The notes beneath the pieces are model-generated. The model worked only from the letters and a program-made list of their open reading frames with translations. It had not been told where the DNA came from and made no database searches. Shown here piece by piece: positions 7,572 to 15,788 of a stretch of 32,893 nt of DNA. The stretch spans positions 1-32,893 of the IMG/VR virus record IMGVR_UViG_3300048579_000310; one strand, given 5' to 3'. How positions within the stretch are numbered: position 1 is the stretch's first letter; each line of letters begins with the position of its first letter. The DNA comes from a virus. Lineage: Duplodnaviria; Caudoviricetes. Position numbers and translations under genes: made by a program.

Positions 7572-9566
7572 GTGGCCGATACGCGGGGCATCCGAGCCGG
7601 GCGAGCCTTCGTTGAGCTGGGCGTCAGCGACAAGCTGTCGGCTGGACTCAAGGCAGCCCAGAAGAAGCTCGAAGCCTTCGGCGCTGGGCTGCGGTCCATC
7701 GGCACGAAGATGGCGGGCATCGGCGTCGCCGCGATCACGGCGCTGCTCGGCACCGCGAAGGTATTCTCTGACTCGGGCGATGCCCTCGACAAGATGAGCG
7801 CCCGCACGGGCGTGAGCGTTGAGGCCCTCAGCGAGCTCGGTTATGCGGCTGACCTCTCGGGCACGGACATGGAGACGCTGGAGAACGGCCTCCGCGTCAT
7901 GCAAAAGACGCTCACAGAGGCGTCACAAGGGTCCAAAGGTGCGAACGAGGCTCTCGCGCAGCTGGGGCTGACGGTGCAGGACCTCGCCAAGCTCTCGCCC
8001 GACGAGCAGTTCAAGCTGCTGGCCGACCGGATCTCCCAGATCCAAGACCCGGCGCTCCGGGCCGCGATCGCAATGGAACTCTTCGGCAAGGCCGGGACCA
8101 AGCTTCTTCCGCTGATGGCCGACGGGGCAGCAGGCATCAACGAGATGCAGGAACAGGCCCGCAAGCTCGGGCTGACGGTGAGCACGGAAACCGCCCGTGA
8201 CGCGGCGGAACTCAACGACGCGCTGGGCACGCTCTGGAAGGTCCTTAGGCAGGGCGTGTTCACCATCGGCGGGGCGCTCGCACCCACCATCAAGGACCTG
8301 ACCGAGCGGATCACCCGCATCGTCGTGAGCGCCACGGCGTGGGTGAAGGCGAACAAGGAAACGGTCGTCTGGGCGCTCAAGGTCGCGGCGGCGGTCGCCG
8401 TCGCGGGGATTGCCATCATCGGCCTGGGCTACATCATCTCGGGCATCGGCGCGGCGCTCGGCATCGTGGCCGCCGTCATCGGCGGGATTGGCACAGCATT
8501 CAGTCTGATCGGGGCCGCGATCGGCGCTGTGCTCACGCCGGTGGGCCTGACCATCGCCGCGATCGTGGCGCTGGGCGGCACGCTGCTGGTCGTCACCGGC
8601 GCGGGCGGCGAGGCGCTGTCGTGGCTCGCGGAGAAGTTCACCGAGCTGCGAGACTGGGTCGGCAAAGTGGTCGGCGGCATCTCCGATGCCCTCGCCGCCG
8701 GCGACATCGCACTCGCCGCGGAGATCCTGTGGCTGTCGCTGAAGGTGATCTGGCAGCAGGGCGTCGCGGCGCTGAACAAGGCGTGGCTGGGGGCGAAGGA
8801 GTTCTTCGTCTCGACCGCGTACTCGATGTGGTACGGGGCGCTGGCCGCCGCAGAGATCGTGTTCCACGCGCTTGAGGTCGCGTGGATCGAGACCACCGCC
8901 TTCCTCTCGAAGACCTGGACCAACTTCGCCACCGGCTTCCAGATGATCTGGGAGGAAGCTTCGTCGTGGGTCGCCAAGAGAATGCTGGAGATACAGGGGC
9001 TGTTCGATGACGGGCTCGATGTTGAAGCCGCGAAGAAGGCGGTCGATCAGCAGCTCGAATCCCGGCTCGTCGAACTCGAGAACACCGCCCAGCAGTCGGT
9101 AACCGCTCGCGACAAAGAGCGCGAGGCCCAGCGTCGCGACGCAGCCGCGATGCACGAAGCAACGCTCGCGGGCATCGGCCAGGACTTCGAGAACGCGCAG
9201 GAGGCCCTGCGCAAGGACACAGCCGCAGGACTCGCCGAGTCGCAGGCCGCTCTGGACGCCGCCAAGCAGAAGCTCGCGGCCGCAATCGAAGAAGCCCGCA
9301 AGAAGCGCGAGGCCGCCGACGCCGAGAAGGGACCGGGTCGCCCGCAGCGCGACCTGCTGGCCGACTTCGAAGACCGGCTCTCGGGACTCGGCGCGGCCAT
9401 TGGCAAGGGCATCAGCGTCACCGGCACGTTCAGTTCCGCGGCCGTCTCGGGGCTTGGTACCGGGGGCGACGCCGCCGAGCGCACGGCCACCGCGACGGAA
9501 GCGACGGCCAAGAACACCAAGCGCCTGCTGGATACCAGCGTGGACAACGGATTGCGGTTCGCCTGA
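7572..9566 (+). CDS. Tail tape measure protein
   Basis: ~664 aa, Ala/Leu/Gly-rich and helical; N-terminal IRAGRAFVEL, AMELFGKAGTKLLPL, central hydrophobic block. Start is GTG 7572 or TTG 7566. Confidence 0.88.
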   Translation: MADTRGIRAGRAFVELGVSDKLSAGLKAAQKKLEAFGAGLRSIGTKMAGIGVAAITALLGTAKVFSDSGDALDKMSARTGVSVEALSELGYAADLSGTDMETLENGLRVMQKTLTEASQGSKGANEALAQLGLTVQDLAKLSPDEQFKLLADRISQIQDPALRAAIAMELFGKAGTKLLPLMADGAAGINEMQEQARKLGLTVSTETARDAAELNDALGTLWKVLRQGVFTIGGALAPTIKDLTERITRIVVSATAWVKANKETVVWALKVAAAVAVAGIAIIGLGYIISGIGAALGIVAAVIGGIGTAFSLIGAAIGAVLTPVGLTIAAIVALGGTLLVVTGAGGEALSWLAEKFTELRDWVGKVVGGISDALAAGDIALAAEILWLSLKVIWQQGVAALNKAWLGAKEFFVSTAYSMWYGALAAAEIVFHALEVAWIETTAFLSKTWTNFATGFQMIWEEASSWVAKRMLEIQGLFDDGLDVEAAKKAVDQQLESRLVELENTAQQSVTARDKEREAQRRDAAAMHEATLAGIGQDFENAQEALRKDTAAGLAESQAALDAAKQKLAAAIEEARKKREAADAEKGPGRPQRDLLADFEDRLSGLGAAIGKGISVTGTFSSAAVSGLGTGGDAAERTATATEATAKNTKRLLDTSVDNGLRFA

Positions 9567-9596
9567 TCCCCACCCCAAGAAAGGAGGTCATCGCTC

Positions 9597-10415
9597 GTGC
9601 CGGTTGAGGTCTTTGAGAAGTTCGAGAGCCGCCGCTCCACCAAGGCGAATCAGGTCTCGCAGTCCTCTGCGGAGCTCGGCTACATCGTGCGCGGCACCGC
9701 GGATGATCTCGTCGCCCGCAACGCGGCGCAGACTGGCTCCCCGGCGACCTACGACGGGCTGGCCCGGCAGAACGTGCAGATCGAGCCGCTCGGGCCGCAA
9801 CTGTGGGACGTGACCGTCCGGTACGGGTCCAGCGATAGCGGCGGAAACCCCACGCCCAGCGAGGCGTCGTTCAACTTCGAGACGGGTGGCGGCACACAGC
9901 ACATCACCCAGAGCAAGGACACGGTGCAGGCGCGGGCGGCATCCGGTTCGACCGCGCCGGACTTCGGTGGCGCGATCGGCGTGACCGCCGACGGCGTCGA
10001 GGGCGTGGATATCACCGTGCCCGTGTATCAGTTCTCCGAGACGCACTACTTCAGCGATGCGCAGGTGACTGGGGCGTACAAAGGGGCGATCTTCAGTTGC
10101 ACTGGCAAGACCAACGCCGGTGGGTTCAAGGGCTTTGCGCCCGGCGAGGTGCTCTTCCTCGGTGCAAGCGGGTCGAAGCGCGGAGATGGTCCCGACGACG
10201 ACTGGGAGATCACCTTCCGGTTCGCGGCCAGCCCCAACGAAACCGGCCTCTCGGTCGGCTCCATCACGGGCATCAACAAGAAGGGGTGGGAGTACCTGTG
10301 GGTCCGCTACGCCGACGCGGAGGACACCGGGTCCGGCGCGATCATCAAGAAGCCCATCGCGGCCTATGTCGAGCGTGTGTACGACGACGCCAACTTTGGA
10401 GCACTGGGGATCTGA
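9597..10415 (+). CDS. Putative distal tail/baseplate protein
   Basis: GTG after AAGGAGGT; 272 aa, beta-rich, immediately after the tape measure gene. Function inferred from position only. Confidence 0.6.
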   Translation: MPVEVFEKFESRRSTKANQVSQSSAELGYIVRGTADDLVARNAAQTGSPATYDGLARQNVQIEPLGPQLWDVTVRYGSSDSGGNPTPSEASFNFETGGGTQHITQSKDTVQARAASGSTAPDFGGAIGVTADGVEGVDITVPVYQFSETHYFSDAQVTGAYKGAIFSCTGKTNAGGFKGFAPGEVLFLGASGSKRGDGPDDDWEITFRFAASPNETGLSVGSITGINKKGWEYLWVRYADAEDTGSGAIIKKPIAAYVERVYDDANFGALGI

Positions 10416-10427
10416 GTCCCTTCAACC

Positions 10428-11462
10428 ATGCCTGACGACCTCCGCAAAGTCCGATCCGGTGATCCACTCCGCCTCCCCGCGGGCGCGTACAACGCGTTCG
10501 TCGACGCGGCGGTCGATCTGCGCCGGCGTCAGGGTCGCGGCGAAGCCGTCGCGGGCCCGCTCGTCGAGTCTGCCCAGCGCGGCATCGTGCTGGTCCGCAA
10601 CGACTCCGGCGAGGAGATCGAGCCGTATCACGCGCTGGCGATCACCGGCGTGCTCGTCGAGCCCGGCGAAGACGACCAGGAGCGGACATTCCAGAGCCGC
10701 ACTCCGCTGACGGGCGACATCGCCACGGAGGAAACGGCAGGCCCAGCGTTTGTCGTCGCACTCCAGCCCATCAAGCCCAACAAGCTCGGGCGCTGCGTGC
10801 TCACCGGCGTCACGGTGGCGCGGGTGTTCATCACCAACGAGACCGACACGACCTGCGAGCTGGCGGCCGAGGAGACGGTCCTGGCCAGCACTCCAATGGG
10901 CGGTATCCCGATCCTCTGGAAGGAAGAGGGCACCGGCGAGAAGTGGGCGGTCCTTGAGCTCGGCCGTCCGTCGCCCGGGCGCGTGACCGCGATCCTCGGC
11001 GCTGCCCAGGCGATCCCGACCGAGCGCAACCGCTGGCGCTATCCGTGGGTGGAAGCCCAGATCGACGGCAACCCCGGCAGCGAGACCTATCTCCGGTACG
11101 TGCCCATCGAAGGTGGTCTGTCGTCGCAGCTCGCAAGCGGCGGTGAAGATCCCACGCGGCTGGCGCTCAACCGGTTCGAGGCTCACCACATGAACGACTC
11201 CGAGCCCGGCTCTGGGTTCGGCGGCCTGCTCGGGCTCGGGCCGGTGTGTGAGTTGCCGGGCGTGCTCCCCAAGTGCCCGCCAGCACGGTCGCTCAAACCC
11301 AAGCTCGTGCCCATTCCTGAAGGCGTGTGCGTGCAGCTGACCTGCGAGCGCAACAGCAAGGGCAAGCCCGTGTGGGTCTTCGAGGCCATGAGCCTGATCG
11401 AGATCGCCGACCCCGCCGATGAGGACCGCAAGTTCAACCTCTACATCGGAGGTGCCGAATGA
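10428..11462 (+). CDS. Hypothetical phage tail-tip protein
   Basis: 344-aa ORF in the operon with host-like codon usage; no recognisable family motif. Confidence 0.6.
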   Translation: MPDDLRKVRSGDPLRLPAGAYNAFVDAAVDLRRRQGRGEAVAGPLVESAQRGIVLVRNDSGEEIEPYHALAITGVLVEPGEDDQERTFQSRTPLTGDIATEETAGPAFVVALQPIKPNKLGRCVLTGVTVARVFITNETDTTCELAAEETVLASTPMGGIPILWKEEGTGEKWAVLELGRPSPGRVTAILGAAQAIPTERNRWRYPWVEAQIDGNPGSETYLRYVPIEGGLSSQLASGGEDPTRLALNRFEAHHMNDSEPGSGFGGLLGLGPVCELPGVLPKCPPARSLKPKLVPIPEGVCVQLTCERNSKGKPVWVFEAMSLIEIADPADEDRKFNLYIGGAE

Positions 11463-12046
11463 CGACGACCCCGACGACTCTGGACACTCGCCGCGAGAAG
11501 GAACGAGCCAAGTACGTGGCGCTGGCCGCCAAACCTGGCTCGACGTACGGCTCGACCAACCACGGCAAACTCGCCGTTCCGATCATCCAGAAGTTCAAGC
11601 CGAGGTTCGTCGTGGACTTTGGATGCGGCCGCAACGACCTCGTGCGGGACCTGCGCCGGCTGGGGATCGACGGGTTGGGCGTGGACTTTGCGTTTCCGGA
11701 TGCGGACCTCGTGCGCCCGATGCACAAGACTGCGCTGCACGCGGGCGTGGCGGACGTCGTCACGAGCTTCGACGCCCTCGAGCACCTGCTCCCCGAGGAC
11801 GTGGACGCTGTCCTCGCGGAGATGCGCCGTGTGGCCAAGCCGCGCGGCCACTTCGTGTTCTCGATCTGCACCCGGCCCAGCAAGACCACCGTCGCGGGCG
11901 AAGGTCTGCACCCGACTGTGCGCCCGCTGGATTGGTGGCTCGACCGCATCGGGCGTGTCGCCACCGTGATCAACCCGCGGGCTGAGCGTCGGTTCATCGT
12001 CGGGCGTTTCAAGGGTGGCAGTGATGGGGGGTGCTGCGGTGCGTGA
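11459..12046 (+). CDS. Class I SAM-dependent methyltransferase (Methyltransf_11/23-like)
   Basis: Motif I VVDFGCGRN, GLGVDF, DVVTSFDALEHL...LAEMRRVAKP; ATGA overlap with the upstream gene. Confidence 0.85.
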   Translation: MTTTPTTLDTRREKERAKYVALAAKPGSTYGSTNHGKLAVPIIQKFKPRFVVDFGCGRNDLVRDLRRLGIDGLGVDFAFPDADLVRPMHKTALHAGVADVVTSFDALEHLLPEDVDAVLAEMRRVAKPRGHFVFSICTRPSKTTVAGEGLHPTVRPLDWWLDRIGRVATVINPRAERRFIVGRFKGGSDGGCCGA

Positions 12047-12935
12047 GAACCAGTCTGACATTGCGGCGCTCCAAGCCGGGTTGAAGGCGCGCAAGCCAGC
12101 GCGAGATGGCCTGCGCCTCTACACCGCCGACTTCGACTCCGTGTCGCTCGGTGGGTTCTATCGCGGGCGTTCGGCGTTCCTGATCCTCTCGGGGCCATCG
12201 CTCACACAGATCGACCTCGCCGCGCTCAACAAGCGTGGCATCGTCACGATGGCCGTGAACAACGCGTGGGCGGTGCATCGCCCGACGCTGTGGACGTGCG
12301 TTGACGATCCCGGCCGCTTCATCGACACCGGCTGGAAGGACCCGGGCATCTTGAAGTTCGTGCCCACGTGCATGTGGGACAAGCGGCTCCGCATCCAAGG
12401 CCCCGACGGCGTGATGCGCAACAGCGCGTTCCGGGTCCGGCAGATGCCCAGCGTCATGTTCTTCCGTCGTGCGGATCACTTCGACCATGAGCGGTTCCTG
12501 ACCGGAGACAGCGTCCCGTGGGGCAACGACGCCAAGAACCCAGACTCTTTGGGCATCACCGGCAAGCGCTCGGTCATGCTCGTGGCACTCCGCCTCCTGC
12601 ACTACCTCGGATTCTCGACGGTGTACCTGCTGGGCTGCGATTTCAAGATGGCCGAAGACCGCAAGTACGCCTTTGCCGAGAACCGGGCCGCCAACGCGAT
12701 CCGGCACAACAACGTGCTGTATGACTCGCTGGCACGGCGCTTCGAGGCCCTCAAGCCGCACTTCGAGAAGCATCGCTTCCGCGTGGTGAACTGCTCGCCT
12801 GGCAGCGAACTGCAGGTCTTCGAGCGCATGGAGTTCGCCGACGCCGTCGCGGCCGCGTCTGCCGAGTGCGGCAAGCCCGTGAACACGCAGGGCTGGTACG
12901 AGCCGAACGTGAAGCCTCAGGAGGCCGCACGATGA
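12039..12935 (+). CDS. Maf/DUF115 (MptE-like, sialyltransferase-like fold) putative glycosyltransferase
   Basis: AFLILSGPSL, TMAVNNAW, WTCVD, SVMLVALRLLHYLGFSTVYLLGCDF and VVNCS match the family pattern. Start is GTG 12039 (overlapping the upstream stop); 12015 or 12024 are also possible. Confidence 0.72.
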   Translation: MRENQSDIAALQAGLKARKPARDGLRLYTADFDSVSLGGFYRGRSAFLILSGPSLTQIDLAALNKRGIVTMAVNNAWAVHRPTLWTCVDDPGRFIDTGWKDPGILKFVPTCMWDKRLRIQGPDGVMRNSAFRVRQMPSVMFFRRADHFDHERFLTGDSVPWGNDAKNPDSLGITGKRSVMLVALRLLHYLGFSTVYLLGCDFKMAEDRKYAFAENRAANAIRHNNVLYDSLARRFEALKPHFEKHRFRVVNCSPGSELQVFERMEFADAVAAASAECGKPVNTQGWYEPNVKPQEAAR

Positions 12936-14440
12936 GCGACGGCCCCACCCGCTACTACCTCTATATCCCGGTCTGGGCGACGGGCCGCGCCCCGCAGGGC
13001 GGCGGCTCGAGCAACTACTCGACGCCGTCGGAGTCGCCCGACTCTTCGTACAGCACCTATTCAACGCCCACCAGCACGCCGAGCATGCCGCCGAGTTACT
13101 CGACGACGGGCGATGTGATCTACACGACCGGGCCGGGCGGCACGCCGACGCTGACGTTCTACACCACCGATGCGTTCACCAGCAACACGCCGGGCACGAC
13201 GCACACGCCATCGAGCACGCCGAGCGATACGCCGTCGAGCAGCGGTGGCATGTCGTCCTCGGGAATGTCGAGCAGCGGCGGCTCCAGCGGGATGAGCAGT
13301 TCCGGCGGCGGCAGTTCGTCGGGCATGAGTTCGTCGGGCGCTTCGTCGGGCATGAGTTCCGGGGCGTCCAGCGGCATGTCGTCGGGGGCGAGTTCGGGCA
13401 TGTCCTCGGGCGGGTCCTCTGGAGGGTCGTCCGGAGGGGGCAGTTCAGGCGGCGGTTCGTCGGGCGGAGGCGGGTCCAGTGGCGGCGGCAGCGGCCCGGG
13501 CGGCTCGGGTCCTGGCGGCTCCGGCCCTGGCGGTTCTGGGCCGGGAGGGTCGGGCCCTGGGGGAAGCGGGCCGGGTGGTTCCGGTCCCGGTGGCTCGGGA
13601 CCCGGTTCAAACTGCGTGCTGGCGGGAACGCCTGTGCGGCTGGCCTCGGGTCAGACCGTGCCGATCGAGCATCTCAAGCCGGGCGACCGCGTCGCGGCGC
13701 TCGACGTGGCGGGTCTGGATCGCGATGTGCCGTGGCGGGCTCAGTACCAGTGGCTGCGTCAGCGAGCCGAAGCAGTGCTCACGCCGGTCACCGGCTCCGT
13801 GGCCAGCGTCACGGTCGGCACACACGACGGGTTCGTCACCATCAACGGTCGCCTGCGGCTCACGCCCGAGCACCCGGTGCTCCTGCGCCGCGGCGATGAG
13901 GTCGGGTTCGTGTCGGCGGAGTTCGTACTCGTCGGCGACTACCTCGTGCGGCACGACCTCAGCGAGGAACGCGTCGAGACGCTTGCCCGCGCTAGCGATC
14001 GCGTCACCACGGTCGCGGTGCATGTGCCCGGCCTGAACGTCTTCCTGGCCGACGGCGTGTGGGTCCACAACGACATGCCCGCGACGCAGGCAACCGGGTC
14101 GGGATCGGCCTCCGGTTCAGGGTCCGGTTCTGGCTCGGGATCAGGCTCATCGAGTGGCAGCGGGTCGGGTTCAGGCAGCGGCAAGTCCAGCGGCTCGTCT
14201 ATGTCGAGCTCTGGAAGTTCTTCAGGATCTGGCAGCTCGTCTGGCTCGTCGAGCGGCAGCGGGAGCGAAAGTGGCTCGGGCCCGCCCGGCTCAGGCTCGG
14301 GGTCTGGCAGCGCCCAGCAGTCCGTGGCGCTCGGTGAGGGTGCGTCGTCGTTCATCGAGGGCGGCATGGAGGGCGTGCCTCCGGCGAAGTGGCAGCAGAG
14401 TGGCGGGGCGTTGAGCAGCGAAGAAGAGGTGAAGGCGTGA
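12932..14440 (+). CDS. Ser/Gly/Thr-rich low-complexity protein with internal Hint (bacterial intein-like) domain
   Basis: ATG 12932 (ATGA overlap, CAGGAGG RBS); ~502 aa. Hint domain 13613-14071: C1-VLAGTPV...PIEHLKPGDRV, block B TPEHP, C-terminal FLADGVWVHN. Confidence 0.88.
   Translation: MSDGPTRYYLYIPVWATGRAPQGGGSSNYSTPSESPDSSYSTYSTPTSTPSMPPSYSTTGDVIYTTGPGGTPTLTFYTTDAFTSNTPGTTHTPSSTPSDTPSSSGGMSSSGMSSSGGSSGMSSSGGGSSSGMSSSGASSGMSSGASSGMSSGASSGMSSGGSSGGSSGGGSSGGGSSGGGGSSGGGSGPGGSGPGGSGPGGSGPGGSGPGGSGPGGSGPGGSGPGSNCVLAGTPVRLASGQTVPIEHLKPGDRVAALDVAGLDRDVPWRAQYQWLRQRAEAVLTPVTGSVASVTVGTHDGFVTINGRLRLTPEHPVLLRRGDEVGFVSAEFVLVGDYLVRHDLSEERVETLARASDRVTTVAVHVPGLNVFLADGVWVHNDMPATQATGSGSASGSGSGSGSGSGSSSGSGSGSGSGKSSGSSMSSSGSSSGSGSSSGSSSGSGSESGSGPPGSGSGSGSAQQSVALGEGASSFIEGGMEGVPPAKWQQSGGALSSEEEVKA
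13493..13597 (+). repeat. Seven tandem GPGGS-coding units (15-bp period) with diversified codons
   Basis: Units start at 13493, 13508, 13523, 13538, 13553, 13568 and 13583, followed by GPGS-N-C(Hint). Confidence 0.9.
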
Positions 14441-15060
14441 TTCCCAAGGTCATCTACACGGCCGACTTGTCCGAATCCCCAGACCGTCAGCGTCTCGCCG
14501 CGTGGAAGCACGCGTGGCAGACGCTGCATCCCGAGTGGGACGTCGTGACGTTCACACTGGAGACCAGGCCGCCGATCCTGAACCACGAACAATGGCAGCA
14601 GACGCTCGACCTCAGCGAACCTGCAGCGTCGGCGGCGCGGCTCAACCTGCTGCGCTACGAAGTACTCGCCCGCGAAGGCGGGGTGTTTGTCGATCCTGAT
14701 CGTCTGCCGCTGCGCTCGCTCGATGAACTCGTCGCCGGCGTCGGCGCATTCTGCTCGACGATCGCCAGCCACGGTGCGAGCCGTCCGCACATGCTGTCGC
14801 CATCGGTGCTCGGCGCAACGCGGAACCACCCGATGCTCTGGCACGCGATCCGCGACCTGCCGCACTCCGTGCTGGTCTATCGCGGCGTGTGGGACCAGAG
14901 CGGGCCGGGGTTCCTCACCCGCGTGGTCCGCGACCACGGGCACTTCCGCGACGTGGTGCCGTTCCACTGGGCGCTCTTCGAGCAGGGCGAAGAAGTCGCC
15001 AAGGCTCACGGCGGCGCGTTCGGGTTCGTGACCGGCAAGGCGGCGGAGGTCGCGGCTTGA
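14437..15060 (+). CDS. Glycosyltransferase family 32-like (DXD sugar-binding region), divergent
   Basis: GTG 14437 (GTGA overlap); IPKVI...HPEW...LLRYEVLAREGGVFVDPD...QSGPGFLT. Confidence 0.8.
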   Translation: MIPKVIYTADLSESPDRQRLAAWKHAWQTLHPEWDVVTFTLETRPPILNHEQWQQTLDLSEPAASAARLNLLRYEVLAREGGVFVDPDRLPLRSLDELVAGVGAFCSTIASHGASRPHMLSPSVLGATRNHPMLWHAIRDLPHSVLVYRGVWDQSGPGFLTRVVRDHGHFRDVVPFHWALFEQGEEVAKAHGGAFGFVTGKAAEVAA

Positions 15061-15731
15061 GCACTACCGCAACCCTGATCCCGCGGGTCCTGCACCAGAT
15101 CTGGCTGGGCAAGGGCGAGATGCCCCTGCACCAGCGGCGCTGGCGTCGCCGCTTCGCCGAGATGAACCCGCACTGGGAGATGCGGCTGTGGACCGACGAC
15201 AACCTGCCGCCGATCCTCAACCGCAACGCTTGGGCGGCGTGCGGCCAAGTCGGCGGCACGCCCGGCTGCGTGATGCGCTCGGACATCCTGCGCCTCGAAC
15301 TCCTGGCCCGCTTTGGCGGCGTCTACCTCGACACCGACGTCAAGCCCATTCGTCCGCTGGACGAGATGTGCCCGCCGGAGGTCCGGGCGTGGGCCGCGTG
15401 CGAGCAACTCGACATCGTCTCCAACGCGGCGATGGGCTTCCCGGCCAACCACCCAGCGATGTGGCACATGGTGGCGATGATCGAAGAGTCGTTTTTCGAG
15501 CGCCGGTACGTTGGCGATCAAGCCGGGCCCGGGCTGCTCGCCCGCGTGGTCACCCAGTACGACGACATCGCGCTCTATCCGCCGGCGTACTTCCACCCGA
15601 CGGTCGGCGAGTCGAAGTGCAATCCGGACGCGAAACAGTTCCTCTTGGGCGCACACCTCTTCGCCGGCACCTGGGTTGAGGCGAACCGGGAGCGGTACCA
15701 GCGGATGTGGCGAGCGAACGACGATGCGTGA
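15057..15731 (+). CDS. Glycosyltransferase family 32 (OCH1/Gly_transf_sug-like)
   Basis: TTG 15057 (TTGA overlap); IPRVLHQIWLG...RLWTD...SDILRLELLARFGGVYLDTD...QAGPGLL...HLFAGTW. Confidence 0.88.
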   Translation: MSTTATLIPRVLHQIWLGKGEMPLHQRRWRRRFAEMNPHWEMRLWTDDNLPPILNRNAWAACGQVGGTPGCVMRSDILRLELLARFGGVYLDTDVKPIRPLDEMCPPEVRAWAACEQLDIVSNAAMGFPANHPAMWHMVAMIEESFFERRYVGDQAGPGLLARVVTQYDDIALYPPAYFHPTVGESKCNPDAKQFLLGAHLFAGTWVEANRERYQRMWRANDDA

Positions 15732-15788
15732 CCTGCCGCTGAAACCGAAGTCGCAGAACCACGACTCTCCGCGATACCCTGCTCTCGC

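Larger units (their letters stand above)
1..15731 (+). mobile_element. Prophage/phage morphogenesis module (siphovirus-like head-tail operon plus glycosylation cassette); left end lies outside the window
   Basis: Co-oriented, tightly packed genes in canonical order: portal, protease/capsid, head-tail, tail tube, chaperones, tape measure. No integrase or att site is visible, so the right boundary is inferred from gene content. Confidence 0.9.

Noticed and set aside
13235-13610. Repetitive DNA as a possible CRISPR array or VNTR
   Set aside because: No constant repeat-spacer structure; the periodicity is at codon level within an ORF and the nucleotide units differ.
13613-14071. Classical mobile intein or polymorphic toxin
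   Set aside because: No homing endonuclease, +1 residue is Asp, the host protein is not a conserved enzyme, and there is no C-terminal toxin domain or adjacent immunity gene.
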